Origin: Candidatus Wolfebacteria bacterium GW2011_GWB1_47_1 | GTDB lineage: Bacteria > Patescibacteriota > Minisyncoccia > UBA6257 > UBA9933 | Length of the DNA stretch: 64,000 nt | Assembly (NCBI GenBank): GCA_001029635.1 | Contig: CP011209.1 | Span: 811,969 to 875,968 of the forward strand | Direction of reading: 5' to 3' | In this document: positions 48,324 through 57,679 of the stretch, one piece after another | Position numbering within the stretch: the stretch's first letter is position 1 | Layout: every line of letters begins with the position of its first letter | Program-made: the position numbers and the translations under genes | The notes under the pieces: generated by a model | Databases searched by the model: none | Seen by the model: only the letters and a program-made list of their open reading frames with translations | What the model was told of the DNA's origin: nothing

Positions 48324-48446
48324 GCACAAACGCGAACCGACACCGCTGATTCCAACTGTCATCGAAGTAGTTCAGGTTCAGGTTGCGGTTCCTGTCATCG
48401 CAGTTGAGTACCAGCACGTTCAGGTTGCCGTTCGGGTTCTGCCATT
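48324..48446 (-). repeat. DGR template repeat (TR)
   Basis: 123 bp repeated at 48824-48946 (the VR). About 23 mismatches, every one at a position that is A on the minus (sense) strand of the TR. The minus-strand TR codes ...NCDDRNRNLNLNYFDDSWNQRCRFAFVRK and is rich in AAC codons. Confidence 0.85.
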
Positions 48447-48737
48447 ATGCATGCGATATCATCCAATCCACCACCCCTCGTCCGCCCCTGGCGGACTCGG
48501 AGTTGTATCGTATTTGTGAGCAAGACTCATCCAATACCACATACCAAGTATCTTCATTTTTTGAAGTTCCTACCCGCAATACTACGTATAGCGTTGCAGA
48601 CGGGTCTGCATATATCACTCTATCCCAAGCCGTAACCAAAGATATTCTCGACATATGGATACTGGATTCGGCAGCGGGAAGCCGTAACCGCCCGCATATT
48701 CACCTACTACCACATACAGCATAACATAAAAAATTAA

Positions 48738-48762
48738 GCCCCTCGCATAGCGAGGGGTTTTG
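48738..48762. terminator. Bidirectional terminator downstream of the DGR target gene
   Basis: aagcccctcgcatagcgaggggttt. Confidence 0.55.
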
Positions 48763-48815
48763 AAGGTTCCAAGGGTTCAAGCGCCCAACAAGGCACGAGA
48801 TCCCCAGAACCCAAG

Positions 48816-49400
48816 TTACTTGCGCACAAACGCGAACCGACACCGCTGAAACCAACTGACATCGAAGTAGTACAGGAACAGGCGGCGGTGCCTGCCATCG
48901 CAGCCGAGCACCAGCACGAACAGGAAGCCGCCCGGGCTCTGCCAAGGTTTGTGCAGGAACACGATCGGAGCATTGCGCTGTTCCTCGGGATACTGCTCAC
49001 CAAAGAATAGCGCATCTTCGTACAGAGGGCGCTCCAATCCCTGGCGCTGTGCTTCGACGAGTACTTCTTCGGACCCGGGATCATGATCGAATTCCAGGAA
49101 CACGATCTCGCGGGGTCCTTCGGGCATGGGCCGCATCGGGAAGTTCTTGCCGTTGACCATGTCATTCGTCCAGCCATAGTTGCCGGCTTCAATGACTTCG
49201 TCGGTTGTGCGGGTACCCCCGGTCATGATACGAAATGCATTCCTAGCCTGCTGGAGACACATCATAAAAGCATCGACGAACATACCGACTGCCGACACTC
49301 CGCCTTTTTCGATGACCGATTCGATATCCGCCTCGGTCACGCCTTTTTTCTCCAGTTCCGGACCAACATGCTCATCGATGAACGCTCCAAGCTTTGCCAT
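48816..49400 (-). CDS. DGR target protein; the last 41 codons are the variable repeat (48824-48946)
   Basis: 194 aa. AAGGAG RBS. C-terminus ...VLVLGCDGRHRRLFLYYFDVSWFQRCRFAFVRK, versus ...LVLNCDDRNRNLNLNYFDDSWNQRCRFAFVRK in the TR. The IMH-like invariant 27 nt cgcacaaacgcgaaccgacaccgctga is at its 3' end. Confidence 0.75.
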   Translation of the reverse strand: MAKLGAFIDEHVGPELEKKGVTEADIESVIEKGGVSAVGMFVDAFMMCLQQARNAFRIMTGGTRTTDEVIEAGNYGWTNDMVNGKNFPMRPMPEGPREIVFLEFDHDPGSEEVLVEAQRQGLERPLYEDALFFGEQYPEEQRNAPIVFLHKPWQSPGGFLFVLVLGCDGRHRRLFLYYFDVSWFQRCRFAFVRK

Positions 49401-49702
49401 GACTTACATCTCCTTTCTGCGGTTTGATCACAAATATTCTATGGGATTTTTAAAGCAAATTCTAGTTTTACTATATACTTTTATATTAGATATGTCAAGT
49501 TTTCTAAAAGCCTCTTTCCTTTAAAGTAGCACGTCTGCGTATGTCATTTGTTATTTTATGTAGGTTTTTAGCCCTGACCGAGGTGCCTCAAATAGAATCT
49601 TGAAAGAGGGCTGGAAAACCCTTATACTGCTTGCACGTCCCAATTCTGAGACCGTGAGGGGGCACTTGAAGTCTGTTTCTGTATATTGTTATAGGTTATC
49701 AT

Positions 49703-49791
49703 GGAGGCGTGCCAGAGCGGTTGAATGGGACGCACTCGAAATGCGTTATACTGGTCAAACAGTATCGGAGGTTCGAATCCTCTCGCCTCCT
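49703..49791 (+). tRNA. tRNA-Ser (CGA), type II
   Basis: GGAGGCGTGCCAGAGCGGTTGAATGGGACGCACTCGAAATGCGTTATACTGGTCAAACAGTATCGGAGGTTCGAATCCTCTCGCCTCCT. Confidence 0.8.
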
Positions 49792-49813
49792 CATTAAGCG
49801 AAGTGACTACACA

Positions 49814-49842
49814 AAAAATCGCCATCATGGCGATTTTTTGTT
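49814..49842. terminator. Terminator
   Basis: aaaaatcgccatcatggcgattttttg. Confidence 0.6.
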
Positions 49843-50105
49843 TAGTGCGTACTCTCCTTTATTTGTTTATGGTCTCGCTCAAGCACCACAAAATCTCCCC
49901 TATTCACAACGATCCATCCCTCCTTCTCGAACTTTTTAACATGCTCGGTAAGTCCGGGCATATCCGCTTTGAATGTCCTTAAATCATACTCCGATCCCTC
50001 TCCACGATGCACAACAATATCTTCTTCGGGAGTATGCTTCACCGTATCCCATGAAAATTTTTTTACAGGATCACTTGCCTGCTCCTGCTGAAATGATTCG
50101 TTCAT
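49842..50105 (-). CDS. Hypothetical small protein
   Basis: 87 aa ORF. No family recognised. Confidence 0.35.
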   Translation of the reverse strand: MNESFQQEQASDPVKKFSWDTVKHTPEEDIVVHRGEGSEYDLRTFKADMPGLTEHVKKFEKEGWIVVNRGDFVVLERDHKQIKESTH

Positions 50106-50193
50106 ATTCGTTTGCGTTATTACCCCATTATATGCTGATTTTTCTCACCGAACAACATCCCCCTACACGGGGGGATGTTTTGTGTTTATGTTC

Positions 50194-51201
50194 TTAGTCG
50201 AGCTTGATCTCCTTCCGCGCGGCCAACTGTCCGCACGCGCCATCGATATCCTCTCCAAACGTATAACGCTGCACTACGGTAATGTGTCCATCTTCAAGAA
50301 TCTTTTTAAATGCCTCTATACGCTCCCGTGTCGATGATTCAAACACATCGGTCTGGTTATAGTTAATCAAATTCACGTATCCCAACCACCCAGACAGTAG
50401 CTTTACCAACTCGTGCGCCTGCTCCGGGCCGTCGGTAACACCCTTAATCATGATGTATTCGAACATGATCTTTCGATTAGTCAACTGTACGTATTCCGCC
50501 AATGCTTCCATAACGCTCTCCAGCGAGTGATGCGTACTAACTGGCATTATCTTGCACCTCAGCTCATTATTGGGCGCGTGCAGGGAAAGTGCCAGGTTCA
50601 CCTCCAACCCCTCTCGGGCAAATTTTCGAATTCCATCCGGAATGCCAGATGTCGAAACAGATATGCGCCGAGCACCCAAGTTGAATCCTTTTGGATTATT
50701 TAAGGTTCGAATGGCGGTCATTACATTGTCATAATTTATCATCGGTTCCCCCATTCCCATAAACACGACGTTTGTCACCCTTTTATGTTCTTTCTTAAGT
50801 TGTCTGGCAAAATAAAGCACCTGCTCGACGATCTCATCTGCGGTCAAGCTTCGCTTAAGTCCCAGACGCCCCGTTGCGCAGAATGCACACTTCATCGGGC
50901 ATCCTACCTGCGAAGACACGCATACCGTATTGCGGTCGCCCTGATGCATCATAAGCACCGCTTCAATCTTAAGCCCATCCTCTAGTACAATCAGTGCCTT
51001 ACGGCTATCACCTCCAGAAATCGTGTCATCGGCCCGTATCTCCAGTGGACACGCCTCGGCGAGCCTCCTGCGCAACTCTTCCGGCAATGCAATTACTTGC
51101 GACCAATCTTCTATTTGATCGCCATAAAGAGCCTTCTCGACCTGCTGTTGTCGATAGTTTGGTTGTCCTGTCAATATTTCTTTTAGTGCCGAAATATTCA
51201 T
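50194..51201 (-). CDS. rlmN: 23S rRNA/tRNA m2A methyltransferase, radical SAM, RlmN/Cfr family
   Basis: CPMKCAFCATG (CxxxCxxC) and other RlmN family blocks. 335 aa. Confidence 0.85.
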   Translation of the reverse strand: MNISALKEILTGQPNYRQQQVEKALYGDQIEDWSQVIALPEELRRRLAEACPLEIRADDTISGGDSRKALIVLEDGLKIEAVLMMHQGDRNTVCVSSQVGCPMKCAFCATGRLGLKRSLTADEIVEQVLYFARQLKKEHKRVTNVVFMGMGEPMINYDNVMTAIRTLNNPKGFNLGARRISVSTSGIPDGIRKFAREGLEVNLALSLHAPNNELRCKIMPVSTHHSLESVMEALAEYVQLTNRKIMFEYIMIKGVTDGPEQAHELVKLLSGWLGYVNLINYNQTDVFESSTRERIEAFKKILEDGHITVVQRYTFGEDIDGACGQLAARKEIKLD

Positions 51202-51302
51202 AGTAGTTTGCCTCGTATATCATGTAATACCTTTTTTTTACCGAAATGTCCAGTACTCCGCTAATGCGTTTACCTTTCTGCGTTCTCGGCTTATAATTTC
51301 TT

Positions 51303-51779
51303 ATGGCTTTAATTTATGAAACTAAAAACTTTATTGTTGAATCACACGAAAAACCCTTTCTTCCCCGAACAGATGGTGGGCATATTAGAATAAAGGTAAC
51401 GGATACTTCAATTACTGACCGGACGAAACTTGATGCAAAAACTGCCATCGAGCTAATGCGCTTAACGATGATCGTCGGGGAAGCATTTGAGATTGCAATG
51501 AACAATCGTGGCATCCCTGTAATAAAAATCAACTACCAAGATATGGGAAACTGGGCTTTTAAAACCGGAAGTGCCCCATTTCTTCACGTGCATGTCTTTG
51601 GACGTGCCATAAACGCCGTGCATCAGCTTTGGCCAGAAAGTATGTATTTACCCGATAGAGGCACTGGTTTTTATGAAGGATTTGAAGCACTTGATCAAGA
51701 AGACATTAGAGAAATACGCGAACAGATTGATATAATTTCGGCAAAAGAAAAGTATGCGGAGGGAAAATGGTGCCTATAG
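51303..51779 (+). CDS. HIT-like hydrolase-fold protein
   Basis: 158 aa with PFLHVHVFGR resembling a histidine-triad motif. No SD. Confidence 0.4.
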   Translation: MALIYETKNFIVESHEKPFLPRTDGGHIRIKVTDTSITDRTKLDAKTAIELMRLTMIVGEAFEIAMNNRGIPVIKINYQDMGNWAFKTGSAPFLHVHVFGRAINAVHQLWPESMYLPDRGTGFYEGFEALDQEDIREIREQIDIISAKEKYAEGKWCL

Positions 51780-51902
51780 GCACCATTTTTATTATATACA
51801 GAGGCTATAGCGTAGTCAGGCACCGTTAATTAATACGATTTCGAGAGCATAAATAGACACCCATCAGTATAGCCTTCGGCCGTTCGATTGATCCCCCGTG
51901 AG

Positions 51903-51943
51903 GCAAAAGAAATAGCCACCCAAATGGGTGGCTATTTCTTTTT
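51903..51943 (-). promoter_or_regulatory. Long perfect hairpin abutting the 3' end of tRNA-Glu(CUC)
   Basis: aaagaaatagccaccc-aaat-gggtggctatttcttt. The flanks gcctcacgg / ccgtgagggc extend the pairing with the tRNA acceptor 3' strand. Confidence 0.5.
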
Positions 51944-51944
51944 G

Positions 51945-52016
51945 TGCCCTCACGGAGAATCGAACTCCGATTTATAGGATGAGAACCTATTGTCCTAACC
52001 ATTAGACGATGAGGGC
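51945..52016 (-). tRNA. tRNA-Glu (CUC)
   Basis: GCCCTCATCGTCTAATGGTTAGGACAATAGGTTCTCATCCTATAAATCGGAGTTCGATTCTCCGTGAGGGCA. Confidence 0.8.
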
Positions 52017-52162
52017 GTTGCACGAAACATGGGACACGGAAAATGAAAAATGGCCCCAAAATGCCTTTCTACATTATCGTATCAGGATAAAAAAATCAAC
52101 ATTTTTATAGGCTCTGGATCCCCCCCACACCGGAGATGGCGCGGGGACATACTTGTGGACTG

Positions 52163-52200
52163 GAATGACGGGATACTGGATTTCCGCCTTCGCGAGAATG
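52163..52200. repeat. REP-like element, family R
   Basis: actggatttccgccttcgcgagaatgacaaaacgg. Confidence 0.5.
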
Positions 52201-52226
52201 ACAAAACGGCATAATGATGATGACAT

Positions 52227-53537
52227 TTATGCCATCTCGCGAATTTCTTCAACTACCCTATCCAATGCCATAGCTCTCGATGCCTTTACCAACACTAGAT
52301 CGCCTTTTGTCACCGTATTCTGTATCTCTGGCAACATTTCATCCGCCGTATCAAATATCCGTACATTTGCCTTACTCATGCCGTTTTTGATCGCCGATTC
52401 GGCGATAAACTTCCCTCGCGGCCCTACCGTAAACAGGACGTCGATAACTCCCGGAACCATTTTTCCGATACTCTCGTGCGCCTCAACGGACAACTTACCT
52501 AATTCCAACATATCTCCCAATACGGCGATCTTTCGCGTCGCAGCGAGGTCTTTTACGGTCAGTAGGGCTTCTTTTACCGACAGCGGTGCCGCATTGTAGC
52601 TATCGTCGATAATCCAGCATCCCTTGATACCCTCAACAAGGTTCATGCGTCGCTTTGCGGGAATATAATATCGTTCTACCAGCTCTGCTATCTCTACCAA
52701 ATTCAAGCCGAATGTCAGCCCCACTGCAAAAGCAATGGCAATGCTATAGCCTTGCGCACGCCCGAATACATTCTTGATCGTTACCGGAACAAAGCTTCCT
52801 TCGTGCTCGATCTTGAAGGCGATACCCTCGGGCCGTCCATCGACGGATTGATTTTCGAACTGTGAAATCCGCACATCGGCTCCTTCTCCAAATCCGAATG
52901 TCTTTACCCGTGCGCGGGTCTTTTCTTTCATACCGATAACCAGATCATCATCATAATTCAATATCGCCCACCCTCCCGCAGGCAACGACTCCACTAGCTT
53001 TCCCTTCTCTCGCGCCACTGCTTCGGTATCCGGATAATATTCCCCATGCGAAGGCGTTTCTCCTATCGCAGTGACGATGCCTATCTTTGGACGGGCGATG
53101 CCCAAGAGATATTTTATATCGCCTTGCCTATCCGCCCCATATTCAAGCACCAATACCTGCGGATAGCGCTTGCTTCTCGGCAATATGACATGCGCTACGG
53201 CTACAGATAACACACGCAGCCAAAATGCCGCCTTCTGTACTCGTTTTGTCCCTGCCGGAGTTTCTCGACTAACCAACTTCAAATCATCTTCCGTCCAATT
53301 TCCGATGATATTGAGCGGGGTCCCGATCTCGTTGTTGAAATTTCCTTTTGACTTTCGAACGCGCCATCGCTCCTTCTCGCTCAAACTTGATTCCCCTTTT
53401 TTTGAGAGCACCGCAAAGATAGCATCCTTTGCAGACGTCTTTCCTACGCTTCCGGTGATTGCCACCACCTCCGGCTTATAGTTCCAGATAATCATTCGCG
53501 CGCACCTTCGTAATAGTTTTCTCAATAATCGTATCAT
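52227..53537 (-). CDS. murF: UDP-N-acetylmuramoyl-tripeptide--D-alanyl-D-alanine ligase
   Basis: Mur ligase P-loop ITGSVGKTSAKD and NFNNEIGTPLNIIG, as in MurF. 436 aa. Sits in the dcw cluster. Confidence 0.75.
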   Translation of the reverse strand: MIRLLRKLLRRCARMIIWNYKPEVVAITGSVGKTSAKDAIFAVLSKKGESSLSEKERWRVRKSKGNFNNEIGTPLNIIGNWTEDDLKLVSRETPAGTKRVQKAAFWLRVLSVAVAHVILPRSKRYPQVLVLEYGADRQGDIKYLLGIARPKIGIVTAIGETPSHGEYYPDTEAVAREKGKLVESLPAGGWAILNYDDDLVIGMKEKTRARVKTFGFGEGADVRISQFENQSVDGRPEGIAFKIEHEGSFVPVTIKNVFGRAQGYSIAIAFAVGLTFGLNLVEIAELVERYYIPAKRRMNLVEGIKGCWIIDDSYNAAPLSVKEALLTVKDLAATRKIAVLGDMLELGKLSVEAHESIGKMVPGVIDVLFTVGPRGKFIAESAIKNGMSKANVRIFDTADEMLPEIQNTVTKGDLVLVKASRAMALDRVVEEIREMA

Positions 53538-53543
53538 ATCGTT

Positions 53544-55199
53544 TTATCGTTCACTCGGCTTGTCAGGGGCTATGTTGTAATAATTCAGGATGAATTGCGA
53601 AAGCTCCTTAAATGCCGGCACTACCGTCTGTCCCGCCAATGGAGCCCCCTTTGGGCGCTCTACCTTGATCAGAATGACGAACTTGGGGTCATACGCCGGA
53701 GCAAATCCTTCATACGTGTTTACTACGTCATCACTGTATCCCCTCCCTCCGAAGTTTGGCACATACGCGGTTCCCGTCTTTCCCGCAACTTGGTATTTTG
53801 GTATTTCTGCCAACTTATTTACATATACCGCACTTACCATCATTTCCGCAACTTTTCGGGCCGCGTCTTCTGATATTACCCTGCGCACTTCTTGCGGTTC
53901 TTCGTCCGCAAGAATCAACGGCTTCATTAGTACTCCGTGGTTTGCAATTGCCGACATCACAGACACCATCTTCAATGGCGTCACTGCAATACCCTGTCCG
54001 AATGCCGCCGTTGCATAGTTTACTGCCTGCCCACTTTTAAGCGGCGACACGTTGCCATCGCGCTCACCCGGCAGCGCGATACCCGTCTTTTCTCCAAATG
54101 TATATCGATTCAAAAAATAGTCCTTAAATATCTCATCTCCCATCTGCTGCTGAGCAAATACCGTTCCTACATTTAGTGAATGCTCAATAACTCCGGTCAT
54201 TGTCGTACGTCCATACGCCTTCAGGTCCCAATTTTTAATCGTGCGCTTATTCAGCGTCACCGACCCGGTATCGTTATATGCTGTATCCGGAGTTATCTTC
54301 CCCGAATCGATCCCCGCAGACATAGTAATCGGCTTCATGACCGAGCCCGGCTCGTACAGTGACTGGACAGCGATATTTATAAAATCCTTCATCTCCGCCT
54401 CCTTATAATTATTCGGATCGAATGTAGGGTAGTTTCCCATCGCGAGAATTTTCCCCGTCTTCGGCTCTTGTACGATTACTGTGCCACTTTCCGCCCCCCA
54501 CTTTTCAACGAGATTGCGAATGATTTCCTCTCCCTGCGCCTGAATGTTTCGATCGATCGTCAATACAATATCTCGACCATCCTGCGGATAGACAATACGG
54601 TCCCCTTTGACCTTACCCATGCTACCCATAAGTTCTTCATTGAACTGTTTTTCGATCCCATACATTCCTTTTTCGCTATATCCACCCTCTTTCTTCTCTT
54701 CTTCGTTTACCGGCCCCACATATCCCAATACATGGCTTACCAATGTGCCAAGCGGATAAAATCTCCCCTGCTGCTTCTTGATATAAATACCCCGTGCGTC
54801 CAGTTTTTTTATCGCATCAACTTCTTCGTTGGTCGCCTTAAACTTCAACAATTCGTATTGATCATTAGTCTTTACCAGCATTGCTTTCACGTCCGGTTGT
54901 GACAATCCCAATATCTTACTTACGTTCAATGCAACAACATCCGGATCGGAAACTTCTTTCGGTACGGCATAGATCAGGCTGAATTCCTTATTCATAATCG
55001 CCTGAATGCGATTCCCATTCTTGTCCGTCACATACACATTCCCGCGATTCGGCTGCAAAACACCCGATGCAACCTGTTGCGATTCCGCCTTTGCCTCATA
55101 CAATGCATTCTTCTTGAACTGCAAATTATACAGTTGAAAAACCAGCGCAATATACAATACGCCGAAGAATGAGATTAATGATCCAATGCGCCACTTCAT
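53544..55199 (-). CDS. ftsI: Peptidoglycan transpeptidase FtsI/PBP3
   Basis: N-terminal TM, SxxK (GSVMKP), SxN (HSLN) and KTG (GKTGTA). In the dcw cluster after ftsL. Confidence 0.85.
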   Translation of the reverse strand: MKWRIGSLISFFGVLYIALVFQLYNLQFKKNALYEAKAESQQVASGVLQPNRGNVYVTDKNGNRIQAIMNKEFSLIYAVPKEVSDPDVVALNVSKILGLSQPDVKAMLVKTNDQYELLKFKATNEEVDAIKKLDARGIYIKKQQGRFYPLGTLVSHVLGYVGPVNEEEKKEGGYSEKGMYGIEKQFNEELMGSMGKVKGDRIVYPQDGRDIVLTIDRNIQAQGEEIIRNLVEKWGAESGTVIVQEPKTGKILAMGNYPTFDPNNYKEAEMKDFINIAVQSLYEPGSVMKPITMSAGIDSGKITPDTAYNDTGSVTLNKRTIKNWDLKAYGRTTMTGVIEHSLNVGTVFAQQQMGDEIFKDYFLNRYTFGEKTGIALPGERDGNVSPLKSGQAVNYATAAFGQGIAVTPLKMVSVMSAIANHGVLMKPLILADEEPQEVRRVISEDAARKVAEMMVSAVYVNKLAEIPKYQVAGKTGTAYVPNFGGRGYSDDVVNTYEGFAPAYDPKFVILIKVERPKGAPLAGQTVVPAFKELSQFILNYYNIAPDKPSER

Positions 55200-55277
55200 G
55201 TCGTTACAAGATGTTCATATTATTTTACACAACAATTTTTCTATTATAACCGATTATTAAAAAAACAAAAATCATTT

Positions 55278-55586
55278 TTATAAATTAATACTTACAACCT
55301 GCCTCTTTACATAGTTTGGATTTTTTTCAACGATCAAATTATTCTTTACCGCAAACTCCTGTACGCGCTGCGCTTCGGTCAGCTCATACAATTTACCCTT
55401 CAGCTCCGCATTTTTCACCTCAACATCCCGAAGATCCCCTTTTCGTTGTGTCATCTCATGGCTGTTATTGACCACAAGGTTATATGAAAATATTCCTGCG
55501 ATCGCTACGCATGCAACAGTGATTGACAATACCGTCCCCCACACCTTTAGTAAATCAATATCCTTTTTTTGTCTGATGATGGTCAT
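55278..55586 (-). CDS. ftsL: Cell division protein FtsL-like
   Basis: 102 aa with a single TM then a coiled coil. Lies between rsmH and ftsI. Confidence 0.55.
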   Translation of the reverse strand: MTIIRQKKDIDLLKVWGTVLSITVACVAIAGIFSYNLVVNNSHEMTQRKGDLRDVEVKNAELKGKLYELTEAQRVQEFAVKNNLIVEKNPNYVKRQVVSINL

Positions 55587-55635
55587 ATATTGGTGTCTAA
55601 AATTTGTTAGTTGATAATCGTTACTTTAGTCACTA

Positions 55636-55670
55636 TCACTGGTAGATCCCCGCCTTCGCGGGGATGACAC
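55636..55670. repeat. REP-like element, family R
   Basis: ggtagatccccgccttcgcggggatgacactccgtg. Confidence 0.55.
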
Positions 55671-55702
55671 TCCGTGTCGATTATTATAGGTTTGTATTCT
55701 GA

Positions 55703-56599
55703 TTAGTTAGATGCTATTTCGAAGCCTCGGAGTTTTGCGGAGCGAGAACGGGGGTTTTGACGAATTTCTTCCTCCGTTGCGATGATCGGTTTTTTGGTCA
55801 GAATGCGGCCTTTCTTTGTTTTTTCCATCTCTCTAAAACGCGTTTTTACGATTCGATCCTCCAGTGAATGAAACGAGATAATCGCTATCCTTCCTCCCGG
55901 CTTTATGATTGCATCGCATTCACTCAATATCTTTTCGAGATTCTCAAGCTCTTTGTTTACATAGATGCGTAACGCCTGGAATACGCGCGTTGCGGGATGA
56001 ATCCTTCCTTTTTCATATCCCCTTCCGACCGCGCCAACCACGGCATCGGCAAGTTCTTTGGTCGTGGTTATACGCTTACGTTTTCGTTCTTCAACGATAC
56101 GCTTTGCTATTCTCCTCGACATGCGTTCTTCTCCGTATTGAAATATCACATTTGCGAGTTCCTCCTCAGTCAAGCCATTAACCACGTCCGCAGCCGTCGG
56201 TAGATCTCCCGTGAGATCATATCGCATATCCAACAGCTCATCCTTCTGAAAGCTCATTCCTCGCTCTTGTTCTAGCTGTGTCGATGAAAATCCAAGATCA
56301 AGCAACAGTCCATCCGCCTTGGGTAGCCCCAATCGCTCCATAACCTCCTTTACTTCAGCATAGTTGGAATATTCGAGCATGATCTTACCCTTCTTTCCAC
56401 TAAACGTTTCCTTGAGTCGCTCTACCATCCCCTTGTCCCAATCAAGACCCAAGAACATCCCTTTTTCTCCTATTCGTTCAATCACCGCCGCCGCATGCCC
56501 TCCTCCATCCGTCGTACCATCGATGAAGAACCCTTCCGGTTTGGGGTCAAGCAGTTGTAGCACTTCATTTAGGAGTACTGAGATGTGAGGCGTTTGCAT
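55703..56599 (-). CDS. rsmH: 16S rRNA m4C1402 methyltransferase RsmH/MraW
   Basis: MQTPHISVLLNEVL...FIDGTTDGGGHAAAV N-terminal signature. 298 aa. Confidence 0.85.
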   Translation of the reverse strand: MQTPHISVLLNEVLQLLDPKPEGFFIDGTTDGGGHAAAVIERIGEKGMFLGLDWDKGMVERLKETFSGKKGKIMLEYSNYAEVKEVMERLGLPKADGLLLDLGFSSTQLEQERGMSFQKDELLDMRYDLTGDLPTAADVVNGLTEEELANVIFQYGEERMSRRIAKRIVEERKRKRITTTKELADAVVGAVGRGYEKGRIHPATRVFQALRIYVNKELENLEKILSECDAIIKPGGRIAIISFHSLEDRIVKTRFREMEKTKKGRILTKKPIIATEEEIRQNPRSRSAKLRGFEIASN

Positions 56600-56658
56600 T
56601 TCGGTGGATTGGTTATTCTTCGTATTCCGATGTTGTTGGTTATTGGTTGTCGGTTATT

Positions 56659-57090
56659 CTATATGCCGAGATCGGAAAGCTTTTCCGCTATCTCATCGGA
56701 AGAAGCCTCTGTTTTTGTTTTATATGCCTTCCACTGTTCGCTATCCCACAGTTCGATTCTGTTATACAATCCCGTAACCACAACACCTTTTGTCAGTCCT
56801 GCGTATTCGCGCAAATAGTCGGGGACCAATATTCTCCCCTGTTTATCGATTTCCACATCCATTGCGCCCGCAAGCATCAACCGCGTAAATGCACGCGAGT
56901 TTGCCTGTGTGATCGGCAACGACACTAATTTCTCCGCAAGCTTTTCCCACTCTTCGGCTGTGAACACAAATAAACATGCATCAAGACCACGCGTAATGAT
57001 CGCACTCCCCCGAAGCTTTGAGCGAAATTTCGCAGGCAATGCCATGCGTCCTTTATCGTCCAGATTGTGCGTATATTCGCCGATGAACAT
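56659..57090 (-). CDS. mraZ: Transcriptional regulator MraZ
   Basis: Starts MFIGEYTHNLDDKGRMALPAKFR with the duplicated MraZ/SpoVT-AbrB fold. 143 aa. The longer listed ORF to 57246 is an unsupported N-terminal extension. Confidence 0.8.
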   Translation of the reverse strand: MFIGEYTHNLDDKGRMALPAKFRSKLRGSAIITRGLDACLFVFTAEEWEKLAEKLVSLPITQANSRAFTRLMLAGAMDVEIDKQGRILVPDYLREYAGLTKGVVVTGLYNRIELWDSEQWKAYKTKTEASSDEIAEKLSDLGI

Positions 57091-57289
57091 ATTGATTAGA
57101 GGTTGGAGACTTGAGATTAGAGGCAAGAGAGGTTCGGATATGGCTTTTGCTTTCTCCTCCCCACTTTTCCCCATTTTACACCATTCGCAATAACAATGCA
57201 ATAAAAAAGCCGTCGATACATGATCGACGGCTTTCAAATGAGCCAATATCTATACGGTTATTTTATACCCGCAAAAAGTTATCCACTTT

Positions 57290-57550
57290 TTATTTTTCCG
57301 TTAACAAGTCGAGTTCGATATCTAGATCGTCCATGCGCTCCTTTAATAACTTTTTCACATCGCCAACCGCTTTTTTATATACATCATCCCCTATCGTCTG
57401 TAAAAAGAAATCCAATATTTCTTCCGCGGCAATAATGCCGATTTTCTCGCCCCGTTCATCTTGAAAGAAGGCGATGATGCTATCAATCGCCTCGTTATGC
57501 CTCTCCTTTGTTAAAAAATCGAATTTTGAGCTTTTATTTTTGATCATCAC
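57290..57550 (-). CDS. Hypothetical small protein
   Basis: 86 aa. No SD. Confidence 0.35.
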   Translation of the reverse strand: MMIKNKSSKFDFLTKERHNEAIDSIIAFFQDERGEKIGIIAAEEILDFFLQTIGDDVYKKAVGDVKKLLKERMDDLDIELDLLTEK

Positions 57551-57584
57551 TTATACATAAAACGCAAAGGATTTAGTGAAATAC

Positions 57585-57672
57585 GATGCGCGAAAACGGC
57601 ACGAGGAAGCCGTACTAAGCTGTACGGCGACTGAAGTGCCGAGGGTCCGCAACGAAGTAGTTCGCAAATCTT
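57585..57672. repeat. Family B roughly 100 bp 3'-UTR repeat, copy 1 (downstream of the ABC permease)
   Basis: gcgcgaaaacggcacgaggaagccgtactaagctgtacggcgactgaagtgccgagggtccgcaacgaagtagttcgcaaatc. Confidence 0.55.
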
Positions 57673-57679
57673 TTGCGTT

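Noticed and set aside
48211-49192. Minus-strand ORFs 48211-48417 and 48734-49192 and several plus-strand ORFs across the TR/VR region
   Set aside because: They are alternative-frame or read-through translations of the template repeat and target gene. The RBS-supported target CDS is 48816-49400. The template is non-coding template DNA.
57091-57246. N-terminal extension of the mraZ ORF (MAHLKAVDHVSTAF...)
   Set aside because: MraZ proteins begin MFIGEY... and the upstream 52 residues have no counterpart in the family.
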